NCBI GenBank assembly: GCA_020849855.1
Contig: JADZFO010000011.1
Coordinates: forward strand, 7,318 to 71,317
Direction: 5' to 3'
From: a bacterium
Lineage (GTDB): Bacteria > 4484-113 > JAFGCY01
Length of the DNA: 64,000 bases
In this document: one piece after another, positions 46,889 through 55,585 of the stretch
Numbering within the stretch: position 1 is the first letter of the stretch
How the letters are laid out: each line of letters starts with the position of its first letter
The notes under the pieces: model-generated
Seen by the model: only the letters and a program-made list of their open reading frames with translations
What the model was told of the DNA's origin: nothing
Databases searched by the model: none
Made by a program: the position numbers and the translations under genes

Positions 46889-48076
46889 ATGCGGATCCGC
46901 GCATTGCCGCTTTTCATGCTGGTCCTGCCCTCCTGTTTAGTCCTGCTCGGCGCAGGCGCCCGCCAGCCGCCCTCAAAACTCAAGGCCACTGTTCCGGACA
47001 GCTATGAGCGCCTGGCGCCCAAAGGTCTGATCCGGGGCAAGAGCCTGGGCTGGCACACTGTGTACCGCGAACCCGACAGCCGGGGTGTGCTGGCAAACCA
47101 GGTGAGCTGCTTCAGCGCCGACTTTGGCCCGGGTGATGAGCTCCAGCTGCTGCTGTGTTACGACGCCGCGGCCCAGAGCGCGGTGCTGATCAGCGGCGAT
47201 GGCAGCACGCAGAGCCTGGGACTGCCGCTGCAGGCCGTCTGCGGACCGGCCTGGGATTTTGACGCCGACGGCGTCTGCGAAGTGGGCGTGATGGGCGCGG
47301 GCGCCGAGGGCAGGCCGGAGCTGCAGTTCCTGAGCCTGCAGGGGCAGAAAGTCGGCGCGCTGAGTGCGCAGTCCAGCCTTCCCGAGCGCAGCCTCTGCCT
47401 GGACTACGACGGTGACGGGCGCCAGGAAGTGCTGCTGCAAAACGGCGTCGAGCGCGAGAGCATACTGAGCTGCTATGCAAGCTCAGGCCGCCTGCTGAGC
47501 AGCTTCAAGGGCGGCATCAGCCCGCTGGCCAATCCCGTGGGGGACCTGGACGGCGACGGCCGGCAGGAACGGGTACTGGAGGACTTTGGCACGGATCCTG
47601 CCTTCCTGGTCGGCGTAGCGCTGGACGACAGCCGCCAGCGCTACAAGGGCTGGCCCCAGCGCTGCATGGCCAGCCTCTGCGCCGACATCAACCGTGACGG
47701 GCGCTGCGAGGTCTTTGGGGGCCGGGGCTACTTCAACCCGGCGCTCGGCACCTTCAACAAGTTTGAGCAGTTCGAGCTGGAGTGGGACCGCCTGCAGCGG
47801 ACGCGCGCCACGCCGGTGCGTGAGACCGCCGAGTCCGAGCGCCTGTATCTGGAAGGGCGGGTCCTGGTGGGCGACTTCACCCATGACGGTATTCCTGAGG
47901 CCCTGGTCTACGCCGGCACACCAGACTGCGGCGGCATTCTTGTGTTCTCCCTGGACGGACGCAGCATCAGTTACGAGGAGTTCGGCGAGCCCTACTACGG
48001 CGGCTATAAGCTGGTGCAGGGCGGCAAGGACTACGCCGCGCTGATCATGCAGGACCGCGTACTGATCGCGCCTTAA
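46889..48076 (+). CDS. Secreted protein with FG-GAP/VCBS-like Ca-binding repeats
   Basis: DFDADG, DYDGDG, GDLDGDG, DINRDG and GDFTHDG repeats; N-terminal signal. Confidence 0.78.
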   Translation: MRIRALPLFMLVLPSCLVLLGAGARQPPSKLKATVPDSYERLAPKGLIRGKSLGWHTVYREPDSRGVLANQVSCFSADFGPGDELQLLLCYDAAAQSAVLISGDGSTQSLGLPLQAVCGPAWDFDADGVCEVGVMGAGAEGRPELQFLSLQGQKVGALSAQSSLPERSLCLDYDGDGRQEVLLQNGVERESILSCYASSGRLLSSFKGGISPLANPVGDLDGDGRQERVLEDFGTDPAFLVGVALDDSRQRYKGWPQRCMASLCADINRDGRCEVFGGRGYFNPALGTFNKFEQFELEWDRLQRTRATPVRETAESERLYLEGRVLVGDFTHDGIPEALVYAGTPDCGGILVFSLDGRSISYEEFGEPYYGGYKLVQGGKDYAALIMQDRVLIAP

Positions 48077-48208
48077 GGCAGTGCCTTAGCGAGCGCGGTG
48101 CCAGTGTGGATTGACCTTCGCGCCAGCCTGCTGTAGTTTGCAGTCCGCAACAATCTGCCCTCCGGCCTGTCTTAAGCAGCGGGACGATCGTAATTCAGGA
48201 GGCGCATT

Positions 48209-48685
48209 ATGTCGGCTTGGCGTGGATGGCCCTTCGAGAGGTTCATGTATTTCTTCATCGGACTGGCGCTGCTGCTGGTCTGGGCCCAGGTTTCCCTCTT
48301 CCACGGCCGGACGGACTTTCGGGACCCGCTGATGTGGATCCCGGTCGTGTTTGTTCCCCTGCAGATAGCCTCGGCCTGGCTGCTCACGCTCTGGCGCGGC
48401 CGCTTCAGCCGCGGGCTGTATATCTTTTCCCAGTACGTCGGCATCCTGGGCGGCCTGTATGGCAGCTACCTGCACTACCAGGGCGTGATTGAGTACGCGG
48501 CCGGTGAGGGTATCCCGCTGGGTGCTCAGGCCTTCATGGGCGGACCTCCGGTCCTGCTGCCCTTCCTCTTTGCCTGTGTCAGCCTGCTGGGCGTGGTGAC
48601 CTACAGCTGGCCCTGGTCCAGCCGCCGCGACCAGGAGATTACGCTGCATCCCTGGGAGAACCGCAGGACGGAGCGGGCGGCCTGA
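48209..48685 (+). CDS. Small 4-TM membrane protein of unknown function
   Basis: SD AGGAGG; four hydrophobic segments; FH...MWIP...LH..G...GPP motif. Confidence 0.72.
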   Translation: MSAWRGWPFERFMYFFIGLALLLVWAQVSLFHGRTDFRDPLMWIPVVFVPLQIASAWLLTLWRGRFSRGLYIFSQYVGILGGLYGSYLHYQGVIEYAAGEGIPLGAQAFMGGPPVLLPFLFACVSLLGVVTYSWPWSSRRDQEITLHPWENRRTERAA

Positions 48686-48756
48686 GGCGCATTCACCACC
48701 GAACCTTGTCTTTGCTACTGCACAGACACTGAAGCGCAGCTACTTCTCTGCAGCAT

Positions 48757-51162
48757 CTACTCTGAGGAAACTTCAGTGAGGCCATCGGCCTCGGCTTCCG
48801 CTTCTTCTTCGCCCTCGCTGTCCTCGCTGAAGCCCTTGTGGTTGGCGCAGGCGACGTTGGGGCAGTAGCGCTTCCAGCGGTCGGTGCCGCGGATCTTCTG
48901 CTCGGCCAGCCAGAAGCCGCACAGGGGGCAGGTCTCCAGCAGGGGCTTGCCCCAGAGCACAAAGTCGCAGTTCTTGTCGCCAGCCTTGCCCTTGGCGGCG
49001 GTCACTGTGCCGTCGGCCGCGGTATCCGGCACGTTCTCGCAGACATAAATCACCTTGCGGCTGGGCAGCTGCTTGCGGATCAAGGTGCCGCCGCACTTGG
49101 GGCAGGTGGTCTGCAGCTCCGAGGTGAAGTCGCACTTGGGATAGCCCGAGCAGCCAAGGAACTTGGTACCCCAGCGGCTGACCTTGACCACCAGACCCTT
49201 GCCGCACTTGGGGCAGGGACGCCCGGCCTCCTGGCCCTGCTCGGAGCTGACCTTCTCGATGATGTTGCCCTTGTCGTCAAGGTTCTTGATGTTGCTGCAC
49301 TTGGGATAGGTGCTGCAGGAAAGGAAGCGCCCGAACTTGCCATGGCGCAGGACCATCACCGCCCCGCACTTGTCACACATCACGTCGGTTTCAAACGGCT
49401 TGGCCTTGAAGTAGCGCTTCTCGCCAGCGGCTTCGTCAATCTTGTGCTTGAAGGGCGTATAGAAACTGCCCAGCAGCTGGCGCCAGTCCTGGCGGCCTTC
49501 CTCAACCTCGTCGAGCTTCTCCTCCATGTCGCGGGTGAAGCCGATATCGACGATGTCGGGGAAGTAGTGGGTCAGCATCTCAGTGGTGACAAAGCCCCAC
49601 TCCGTGGGCTCGAAGGCGCGCTGTACGCGCACAACATAGCCGCGGGCGATGATGGTCTCGATGATCGCGGCATAGGTTGAGGGCCGGCCGATGCCGTTGT
49701 CCTCCAGGGCCTTGACCAAAGTGGCGTCCGTGAAGCGCGGCGGGGCCTTGGTGAAGTGCTGGCTGCTCTTGAGCTCATCCAGGCTGGCCTTGCTGCCGGC
49801 AGGCTGGTTCGGTATCGCCGCCGGCTCGCCTTCGCGTTCGTCGCCATACGCGGCCATGAAGCCGCGGAAGGTGGTGACTGTGGCGCTGGCGCGGAAGGTA
49901 TAGGCGCCGCCGCTCAGCTCCACGCTGGCGGTCTCGAACTCCGCCGGCTTCATCTGGCTGGCCAGGAAGCGGTTGTAGATCAGGCGGTAGAGCTTGATCT
50001 GGTCGGCGTTCAGATAGCGCTCGATGCTCTCCGGAGGGCGCTGCATGTCGGTGGGCCGGATGGCCTCATGCGCCTCCTGGGCATCGCTCTTGCTCTTGTA
50101 GAAGTTGGGCTTCTCGGGCAGATAGTCTGCACCGAAGCGTCCGCCGATCGCATCGCGCACGCTGTCCAGCGCCTCTGTGGAAACGCGGACGGAGTCGGTA
50201 CGCATATATGTAATCAGACCCTCAGAGCCGGAACCCACATCCACGCCTTCGTAAAGCGACTGGGCCACCTGCATGGCCTTGCGGGCGGTCCAGCCCAGCT
50301 TGCGCGCGGCTTCCTGCTGCATCGAGCTGGTGGTAAAGGGGGCGCCGGGCCGGCGGCTGGTCCTGCGCCGGGTCACCTCGCCCATCACGTAGCTCTGGGC
50401 CCGCGCCTCCGCGGCCAGCTTCTCGGCCTGCTCCGCCGAGCTTATGGTGATGCTGCCGCCGGTGGCGGCGCTGTCGCCTTCCTCGTCGCGGCGCGGCTCC
50501 TCGCCTTCGGCCGCCGGGCGGGCCAGGCGCTTGTCGCCAATGCGCACCAGGCTGGCGGCGAAGCTCTGGCCGCCGCAGGAGAACTGGCCCTCAAAGCTCC
50601 AGTACTCCTGGGGCTTAAAGGCTCGGATCTCGCTCTCGCGCTCGCAGATCAGGCGCACAGCCACGCTCTGCACGCGGCCTGCGGACAGGCCGGGCTTGAT
50701 CTTGCGCCACATCAGCGGGCTGATCGAATAGCCCACCAGACGGTCCAGCACGCGGCGGGCCTGCTGCGCGTTCACGCGGTCGACATCAATCTCGCGGGGG
50801 TGCTTCAGGGATTCAAGGATGGCGCGCTTGGTGACTTCCTGGAACTCAATGCGCTTGACCGGCTTGCGCAGGATCTCTGCCACATGCCAGGCAATCGCCT
50901 CGCCTTCGCGGTCGGGGTCAGGGGCCAGGAAGATCTCATCCGCCTCCTTGGCGCTGTCCTTCAGGGCCTTGATGGTCTTGGCCTTGCCGGTGATTACCTG
51001 GTAGTCAGGCAGAAAGCCGTGCTCCGGGTCGACACCCAGGCTGCTCTTGGGCAGGTCGCGCACATGCCCGACCGTGCTGAGCACCTGGTAGCCGGGGCCC
51101 AGGTAGCGGCTGATTGTCTTCGCCTTGGTGGGCGATTCCACTATGACCAGTTTCTTTCCCAT
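48757..51162 (-). CDS. topA: DNA topoisomerase I with C-terminal zinc ribbons
   Basis: LVIVESPTKAKTI, DPDREGEAI, SAGRVQS, ITYMRTDS, AHEAIRPT, GIGRPSTYA and several CPxC...C ribbons. SD GAGGGG before MGKKLV. Confidence 0.97.
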   Translation of the reverse strand: MGKKLVIVESPTKAKTISRYLGPGYQVLSTVGHVRDLPKSSLGVDPEHGFLPDYQVITGKAKTIKALKDSAKEADEIFLAPDPDREGEAIAWHVAEILRKPVKRIEFQEVTKRAILESLKHPREIDVDRVNAQQARRVLDRLVGYSISPLMWRKIKPGLSAGRVQSVAVRLICERESEIRAFKPQEYWSFEGQFSCGGQSFAASLVRIGDKRLARPAAEGEEPRRDEEGDSAATGGSITISSAEQAEKLAAEARAQSYVMGEVTRRRTSRRPGAPFTTSSMQQEAARKLGWTARKAMQVAQSLYEGVDVGSGSEGLITYMRTDSVRVSTEALDSVRDAIGGRFGADYLPEKPNFYKSKSDAQEAHEAIRPTDMQRPPESIERYLNADQIKLYRLIYNRFLASQMKPAEFETASVELSGGAYTFRASATVTTFRGFMAAYGDEREGEPAAIPNQPAGSKASLDELKSSQHFTKAPPRFTDATLVKALEDNGIGRPSTYAAIIETIIARGYVVRVQRAFEPTEWGFVTTEMLTHYFPDIVDIGFTRDMEEKLDEVEEGRQDWRQLLGSFYTPFKHKIDEAAGEKRYFKAKPFETDVMCDKCGAVMVLRHGKFGRFLSCSTYPKCSNIKNLDDKGNIIEKVSSEQGQEAGRPCPKCGKGLVVKVSRWGTKFLGCSGYPKCDFTSELQTTCPKCGGTLIRKQLPSRKVIYVCENVPDTAADGTVTAAKGKAGDKNCDFVLWGKPLLETCPLCGFWLAEQKIRGTDRWKRYCPNVACANHKGFSEDSEGEEEAEAEADGLTEVSSE

Positions 51163-51276
51163 TTCCCCTCGAAGGAGCGCGTCATCCTGCGCGTTCAAAC
51201 AGCCTTATACCCTAAGCCGCGCGCAATAGCCTACATTATCTTTATGCTCGGGCTGCTGTGCGGGGCGGATCAGGTA

Positions 51277-52485
51277 TCAGAGACGGACGTAATATCCGCC
51301 GCTTTGGGCGCTGATTAAACCCCTGATTTCCAGCAGCGTCAAGAGCGAGACCGCCTCGGCGGTGTTCAGGGACAGGCGCCTGACGACCTCATTTACATGT
51401 GTACCTTCATAGCTCAGCAGCTCCAGAACGCGGCGCTCGCCTTCTGGCAGTGCGGGTGCCGCCGGCGCCGAAGCTGCTGCGGCTGAGGCCGCAGAACCAG
51501 CAACTGAGACTGACGCTTCACTGCCGGTTGTCGTATCCGTCGCGCTTCCGGCCGGCTGGAAGAGGCCGGCCTGGGCCTGGCGCTCGCGCCGCAGGCTGGC
51601 GCGGTTGGTGCCGAACTCGGCCAGGATGTCATCGATGCCCTCGACCAGCTTGGCCTCGCCGCGCTTGATCAGATGGTGGCAGCCCTTCACATAGGGGCTG
51701 CTGATCGGTCCCGGCACAGCGAAGATCTCGCGGCCCTGCTCAATGGCGCAGCGCGCCGTGATCAGCGCGCCGGAGCCCATCGGTGCCTCGACCACCACGA
51801 TGCCCCGCGAGAGCCCGCTGATGATGCGGTTGCGCTGCGGGAAGTGTTCACGCAGGGGCTCGGTACCGGGCGGGTACTCGCTGATAACCAGGCCGCGCTC
51901 GCACAGCTCTTCGTAAAGCTGGCGATGCTGCGGCGGATAAACCACATCCACCCCGCTGCCCACCGCCGCCACAGTCGGCCCGCCAGCCTCCAGGGCGCCC
52001 TGATGCGCTGCCCCGTCGATACCCAGGGCCATCCCGCTGACCACCGGGATGCCCAGCTCGGCCAGCTCATGGCTGAACTGGCGGGCGATCTCCGCGCCGC
52101 GCTCAGAGCACTTGCGGCTGCCCACCATGCCGATACCGTGATGCAGCATCTGTTCCCTCTGGCCGCGGCAGAAGAGCAGCAGCGGCGCGTCGGCGCACTG
52201 GGCCAGCAGCTCCGGATACTCCGGCTCGCCCCAGCCGGCCAGGAGGATATCGCGCTCGGCGAGGCGCGAAATCTCCGCCGGCGGGTCACAGCCGCGCCGG
52301 GCTTCCAGCAGGCGGCCAAGCTGCCCTCCGCGCAGGTCCAGGGCCTTCAGCTCTTCTTCCGGGCAATCCAGCAGGGCTTCCAGGGCGCCCAGCTGCAGCA
52401 CCAGACGGTCATGGTCCGCCGGGCTGAAGTTGCGCGCCATGGCCAGCAGATAGAGGGCCTGAAGTCTGCGGCTCGGCTCATTCAT
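51277..52485 (-). CDS. dprA: DNA-protecting protein DprA/Smf
   Basis: MVGSR, VSGMALGIDG.AH, FPQRNRIISGLS, EA..SGALITA...QGREIFAVPG; C-terminal winged helix LTLLEIRG; adjacent to topA. Confidence 0.96.
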   Translation of the reverse strand: MNEPSRRLQALYLLAMARNFSPADHDRLVLQLGALEALLDCPEEELKALDLRGGQLGRLLEARRGCDPPAEISRLAERDILLAGWGEPEYPELLAQCADAPLLLFCRGQREQMLHHGIGMVGSRKCSERGAEIARQFSHELAELGIPVVSGMALGIDGAAHQGALEAGGPTVAAVGSGVDVVYPPQHRQLYEELCERGLVISEYPPGTEPLREHFPQRNRIISGLSRGIVVVEAPMGSGALITARCAIEQGREIFAVPGPISSPYVKGCHHLIKRGEAKLVEGIDDILAEFGTNRASLRRERQAQAGLFQPAGSATDTTTGSEASVSVAGSAASAAAASAPAAPALPEGERRVLELLSYEGTHVNEVVRRLSLNTAEAVSLLTLLEIRGLISAQSGGYYVRL

Positions 52486-52491
52486 AAGGGC

Positions 52492-52517
52492 ATCATAACA
52501 AAAAGTGCCGCACTTTT
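52492..52517 (-). promoter_or_regulatory. dprA extended -10 (TGtTATGAT, 52492-52500) with adjacent perfect palindrome AAAAGTGC-C-GCACTTTT (52501-52517)
   Basis: -10 lies 6 nt before the ATG; 8-bp arms with a 1-nt spacer sit immediately upstream. Confidence 0.65.
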
Positions 52518-52621
52518 GTATAGATGTCCTGCTGGCCAGAACATTTTCGCTGCCCTGGTTCTATTCCGCAGGTGCTATCTGACCGGCCCGGCAGGACCCA
52601 GCCGCCGGCAGCTCCAGCACG

Positions 52622-53734
52622 CTAGGGATCCTGGACGGTAATGGGCACACTGATCTCGTCCGACATGCCGCCGTCATCCACCACCAGCAGCCTGACGTTG
52701 TAGTCGCCCGCCTGCTGATAGACGTGGTTGGTGAACTTGGAAGCACCCGTGTCGGCATCGTAGCTGCCGTCGCCGTCAAAGTCCCAGGAGCAGAAGATGA
52801 TGCTGCCGTCGATGTCGCTGCTGCCGCTGCCATCCAGCAGCACCTGCGCGCCGGTCTCGATGTAAGCCGGCTGGATCTCCAGCGCGGCCACCGGCGGCAC
52901 TGTGCCGGCGAGGGTCACCTTGACCAGCTGCTCGGCGATGTCGCTCTCGCCGTTCGCGTCCGTCACCCGCAGCCGGGCGTAGAACCAGCCCGGCTCGCTG
53001 TAGCCGTGGTCCACAGTCGGGTCAGTTCCACTGTCGAGGTCGTAGGTCCCGTCGCCGTCGAAGTCCCACTCATACCTGGCCACCGGAGCATCGAAACACT
53101 GGCTGTTGACCGCGCTGAAGCCGACGCCCAGCGGCGCCTCGCCCTGCGGCGGGTCGGCGCTGAGGATCGCCTCCACCCCGCTGCCGCTGAGCTGCAGCTC
53201 CATGCGGTCAAAGGTGAACAGCGTATCCCGGGGCGTCACTACCGCGAAGACCACATTCTGATCGTCGCTGAGCAGGGGGGCGGGCAGGCTGGCCGAGTAG
53301 CTAAAGGGGCCGTGCCAGCGCCAGACATCATAGGCATAGTCGGCGTAGCCAACCCAGTAGTTGCCGGTGTGGATGCTGCCCGCCTTGAGCTCGATGTCGA
53401 GCCCGCCGATCTGGGCGTTGCCGACCTGGCTGTAGTAGATCGCCCACTCGCGCTTGCTGGACATTGCGCTGAGGCGCATGTCGGTCTCGTCCGGCAGGGG
53501 CTCGGCGCCCAGCGAGAGCATCGTGTAATTCGAGGCCTCGATCAGCTTGCCGACGCTGCCAGAGCTGAGCCTGATTTCGCTGGGCAGCGGCAGGCCGGCG
53601 GCGCTGGTGTTCATGTCTGGCGCGGTCTGGCCGGGGTCCGGACCGGCGGGGCTGCCCAGGGGGGCCTGGCCGCCACTGCAGGCGGCGAGACTGAGCAGAA
53701 GCAGGGTCAATGCGGCGATCCACAAGCGGTGCAT
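52622..53734 (-). CDS. Lipoprotein: shared N-terminal module plus two PKD domains
   Basis: Lipobox LAAC; YEWDFDGDG and CSWDFDGDG; SD GGAGGA before MHRLW. Confidence 0.85.
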   Translation of the reverse strand: MHRLWIAALTLLLLSLAACSGGQAPLGSPAGPDPGQTAPDMNTSAAGLPLPSEIRLSSGSVGKLIEASNYTMLSLGAEPLPDETDMRLSAMSSKREWAIYYSQVGNAQIGGLDIELKAGSIHTGNYWVGYADYAYDVWRWHGPFSYSASLPAPLLSDDQNVVFAVVTPRDTLFTFDRMELQLSGSGVEAILSADPPQGEAPLGVGFSAVNSQCFDAPVARYEWDFDGDGTYDLDSGTDPTVDHGYSEPGWFYARLRVTDANGESDIAEQLVKVTLAGTVPPVAALEIQPAYIETGAQVLLDGSGSSDIDGSIIFCSWDFDGDGSYDADTGASKFTNHVYQQAGDYNVRLLVVDDGGMSDEISVPITVQDP

Positions 53735-53827
53735 AGAATCCTCCGGCAGCACTGCTGCCGCCGGAATAATATCCAGCCAGGGCCGGCTTCAATATGGCGA
53801 AGATACCCAATGATAGGCAGGCGGGCC

Positions 53828-53953
53828 AAGGCGGAAGGCGGAGGCGGAAGGCGAAAGGCGGGAAAAGGCGGAAGGCGGAAGGCAGAAGGCGCAAGGCGCA
53901 AGGCGCAAGGCGCAAGGCGCAAGGCGAAGGTGACTGGGCGGAGGCGAAAGGCA
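53828..53953. repeat. Long AAGGCG(G/C/A) heptamer tandem array (about 15 units)
   Basis: AAGGCGG units, then five consecutive AAGGCGC at 53886-53920. Confidence 0.9.
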
Positions 53954-54001
53954 AAACAGGGTGCCGGGGCCGCGGCAGGGCTCAGGCAGGCCGGGCCCGG
54001 A

Positions 54002-54113
54002 TTTAACCTTGAGGTCCCTTTTTGAACGTCAGAGAGGTCTTTCACGCCGCCCGGAGCCCCCGATTTTAACCTCCGGGCTGCTTTTCGAACGTCAATCCCG
54101 TCTTTTCCGCCGC
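54002..54113. repeat. Two degenerate direct repeats with a 63-bp period
   Basis: TTTAACCT-N7-(C/G)CTTTT(T/C)GAACGTCA-N5-GTCTTT-NN-CGCCGC starting at 54002 and 54065. Confidence 0.8.
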
Positions 54114-54404
54114 GGCGCCCCTCCGCCTGAGCCACACGCTCGCGGGCCCGCCTTAACAGGGAGTTGAGCGAAACCGCGGCAGGCCGGTGCGGCAGGAGGC
54201 AATCTGCAGGCAAGACGAATCTCCGGGCTGGGCTTAGGCGCTTATCGCACGCCCTTGTCATACCCTGCGCAGGGGCTAGATATCGCCTAGCCTAGCGGTT
54301 TCAGGCGGCATTATCACAAGTGAGCCAGGCCCGGCGGCCAGCGCATTGCTGAGTCAGGTTTGATCCGCGCCTCTATCCGGGAAGCCCGTTAAGGGGCGGT
54401 CCGC

Positions 54405-55394
54405 TTAGCCCTTCTTCCTTCTCAGCACGTCGCGCATCGCCTTGATGCAGTCCTCGACATCCAGACCGGCGATGCTCATCAGCTCATAGGGGTCGCCCGA
54501 CGAGAGGTACATATCCCGCACGGCAACGCCCTTCACCGGGACGAGGGTCTCGCTCTCGCTGACGACGCGGGCCACCGTGCTGGTCAGGCCGCCGTAGATC
54601 GACACTTCCTCGCAGACCACGATGCCGCCGGTCTCCGCAGCCGCTTTCAGCACGGCCTCGGTATCCAGGGGCTTGACCGTCGGCATGCTGAGCACGCGGC
54701 AGAAGATGCCTTCCTCGGCCAGCTTCTCCGCCGCCTGGATCGCCCGCGGCAGCATCAGGCCATGCGCGATGAAGGTGCCGTCGGGGCCGTCAAGCACCAG
54801 ATTGGCCTTGCCAAAGACAAAGGGCGTGGACTCGCTGGAGGTGATGGGCACCTTCTCGCGGCCGAGGCGGCTGTACATCGGGCCGTCCCACTCCGCCAGC
54901 CACTTGGTGGCCTTCTTGGCCTCCCAGAAATCGCTGGGGTAAAGCAGGCCCATGTTCACCAGGGGCTGCATGCAGGAGCAGTCCTCGTTGGACTGGTGCG
55001 TCGGGCCGTCCTTGCCCACGCTGATGCCGCCGTGCGCCGCGGTGATCTTCACGTTGCAGTAGCTGTAGTCCACCGTGTTGCGGATCTGGTCCCAGGCGCG
55101 CCCCGACAGGAAGATGCTGTAGGAGGCCAGGTAGGGGATATAGCCCATCTTGGACAGGCCGGCGGCGGTGTTGACCATATCGGCCTCGGAGATGCCGCAC
55201 TCAAAGAAGCGCCGGGGATAGGCATCCCGGAAGAACTTGGTATAGGTGCTTTCGGCCAGGTCGGCATCCAGCACGACGACGCGCTCGTTCTCCGCGCCAA
55301 GCTCGACCAGCGCGTCGCCGAAGCCCTTGCGGGTCAGCTCCATGGTCCATTCGCTGGAAGGCAGATAGCCGTTGTGGAAGGTCAGGTTCGCCAT
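54405..55394 (-). CDS. Transketolase family protein, C-terminal (pyrimidine-binding plus C-terminal) subunit of a split transketolase
   Basis: RKGFGDAL, DADLAEST, ECGISEADM, GKDGPTHQS, RLGRE, MPTVKPLD. Confidence 0.92.
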   Translation of the reverse strand: MANLTFHNGYLPSSEWTMELTRKGFGDALVELGAENERVVVLDADLAESTYTKFFRDAYPRRFFECGISEADMVNTAAGLSKMGYIPYLASYSIFLSGRAWDQIRNTVDYSYCNVKITAAHGGISVGKDGPTHQSNEDCSCMQPLVNMGLLYPSDFWEAKKATKWLAEWDGPMYSRLGREKVPITSSESTPFVFGKANLVLDGPDGTFIAHGLMLPRAIQAAEKLAEEGIFCRVLSMPTVKPLDTEAVLKAAAETGGIVVCEEVSIYGGLTSTVARVVSESETLVPVKGVAVRDMYLSSGDPYELMSIAGLDVEDCIKAMRDVLRRKKG

Positions 55395-55585
55395 CGGGTG
55401 TCTCCAATAATCAGGGCAAGTGCGCTGCGGATGCGGCCGGGGGCCGTTCCAGCGGGAGATTATCGCAGATGCAGCAGTTGCTCATGTTGCAGCCTAAATG
55501 CGAGCCACTCTCATTCGTGGGCAAGCGGTTTTTCAGCGCTGCGCGTGGGTAAAATCACGCGGTCATTCCCCGGGCGGAGGACGTT

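Noticed and set aside
53828-54125. Possible CRISPR array
   Set aside because: No identical 23-47-bp repeats with unique spacers and no cas genes.
54121-54404. Possible RNase P, tmRNA, 6S RNA or known riboswitch
   Set aside because: I found no diagnostic core on either strand; kept only as an unnamed hairpin cluster.
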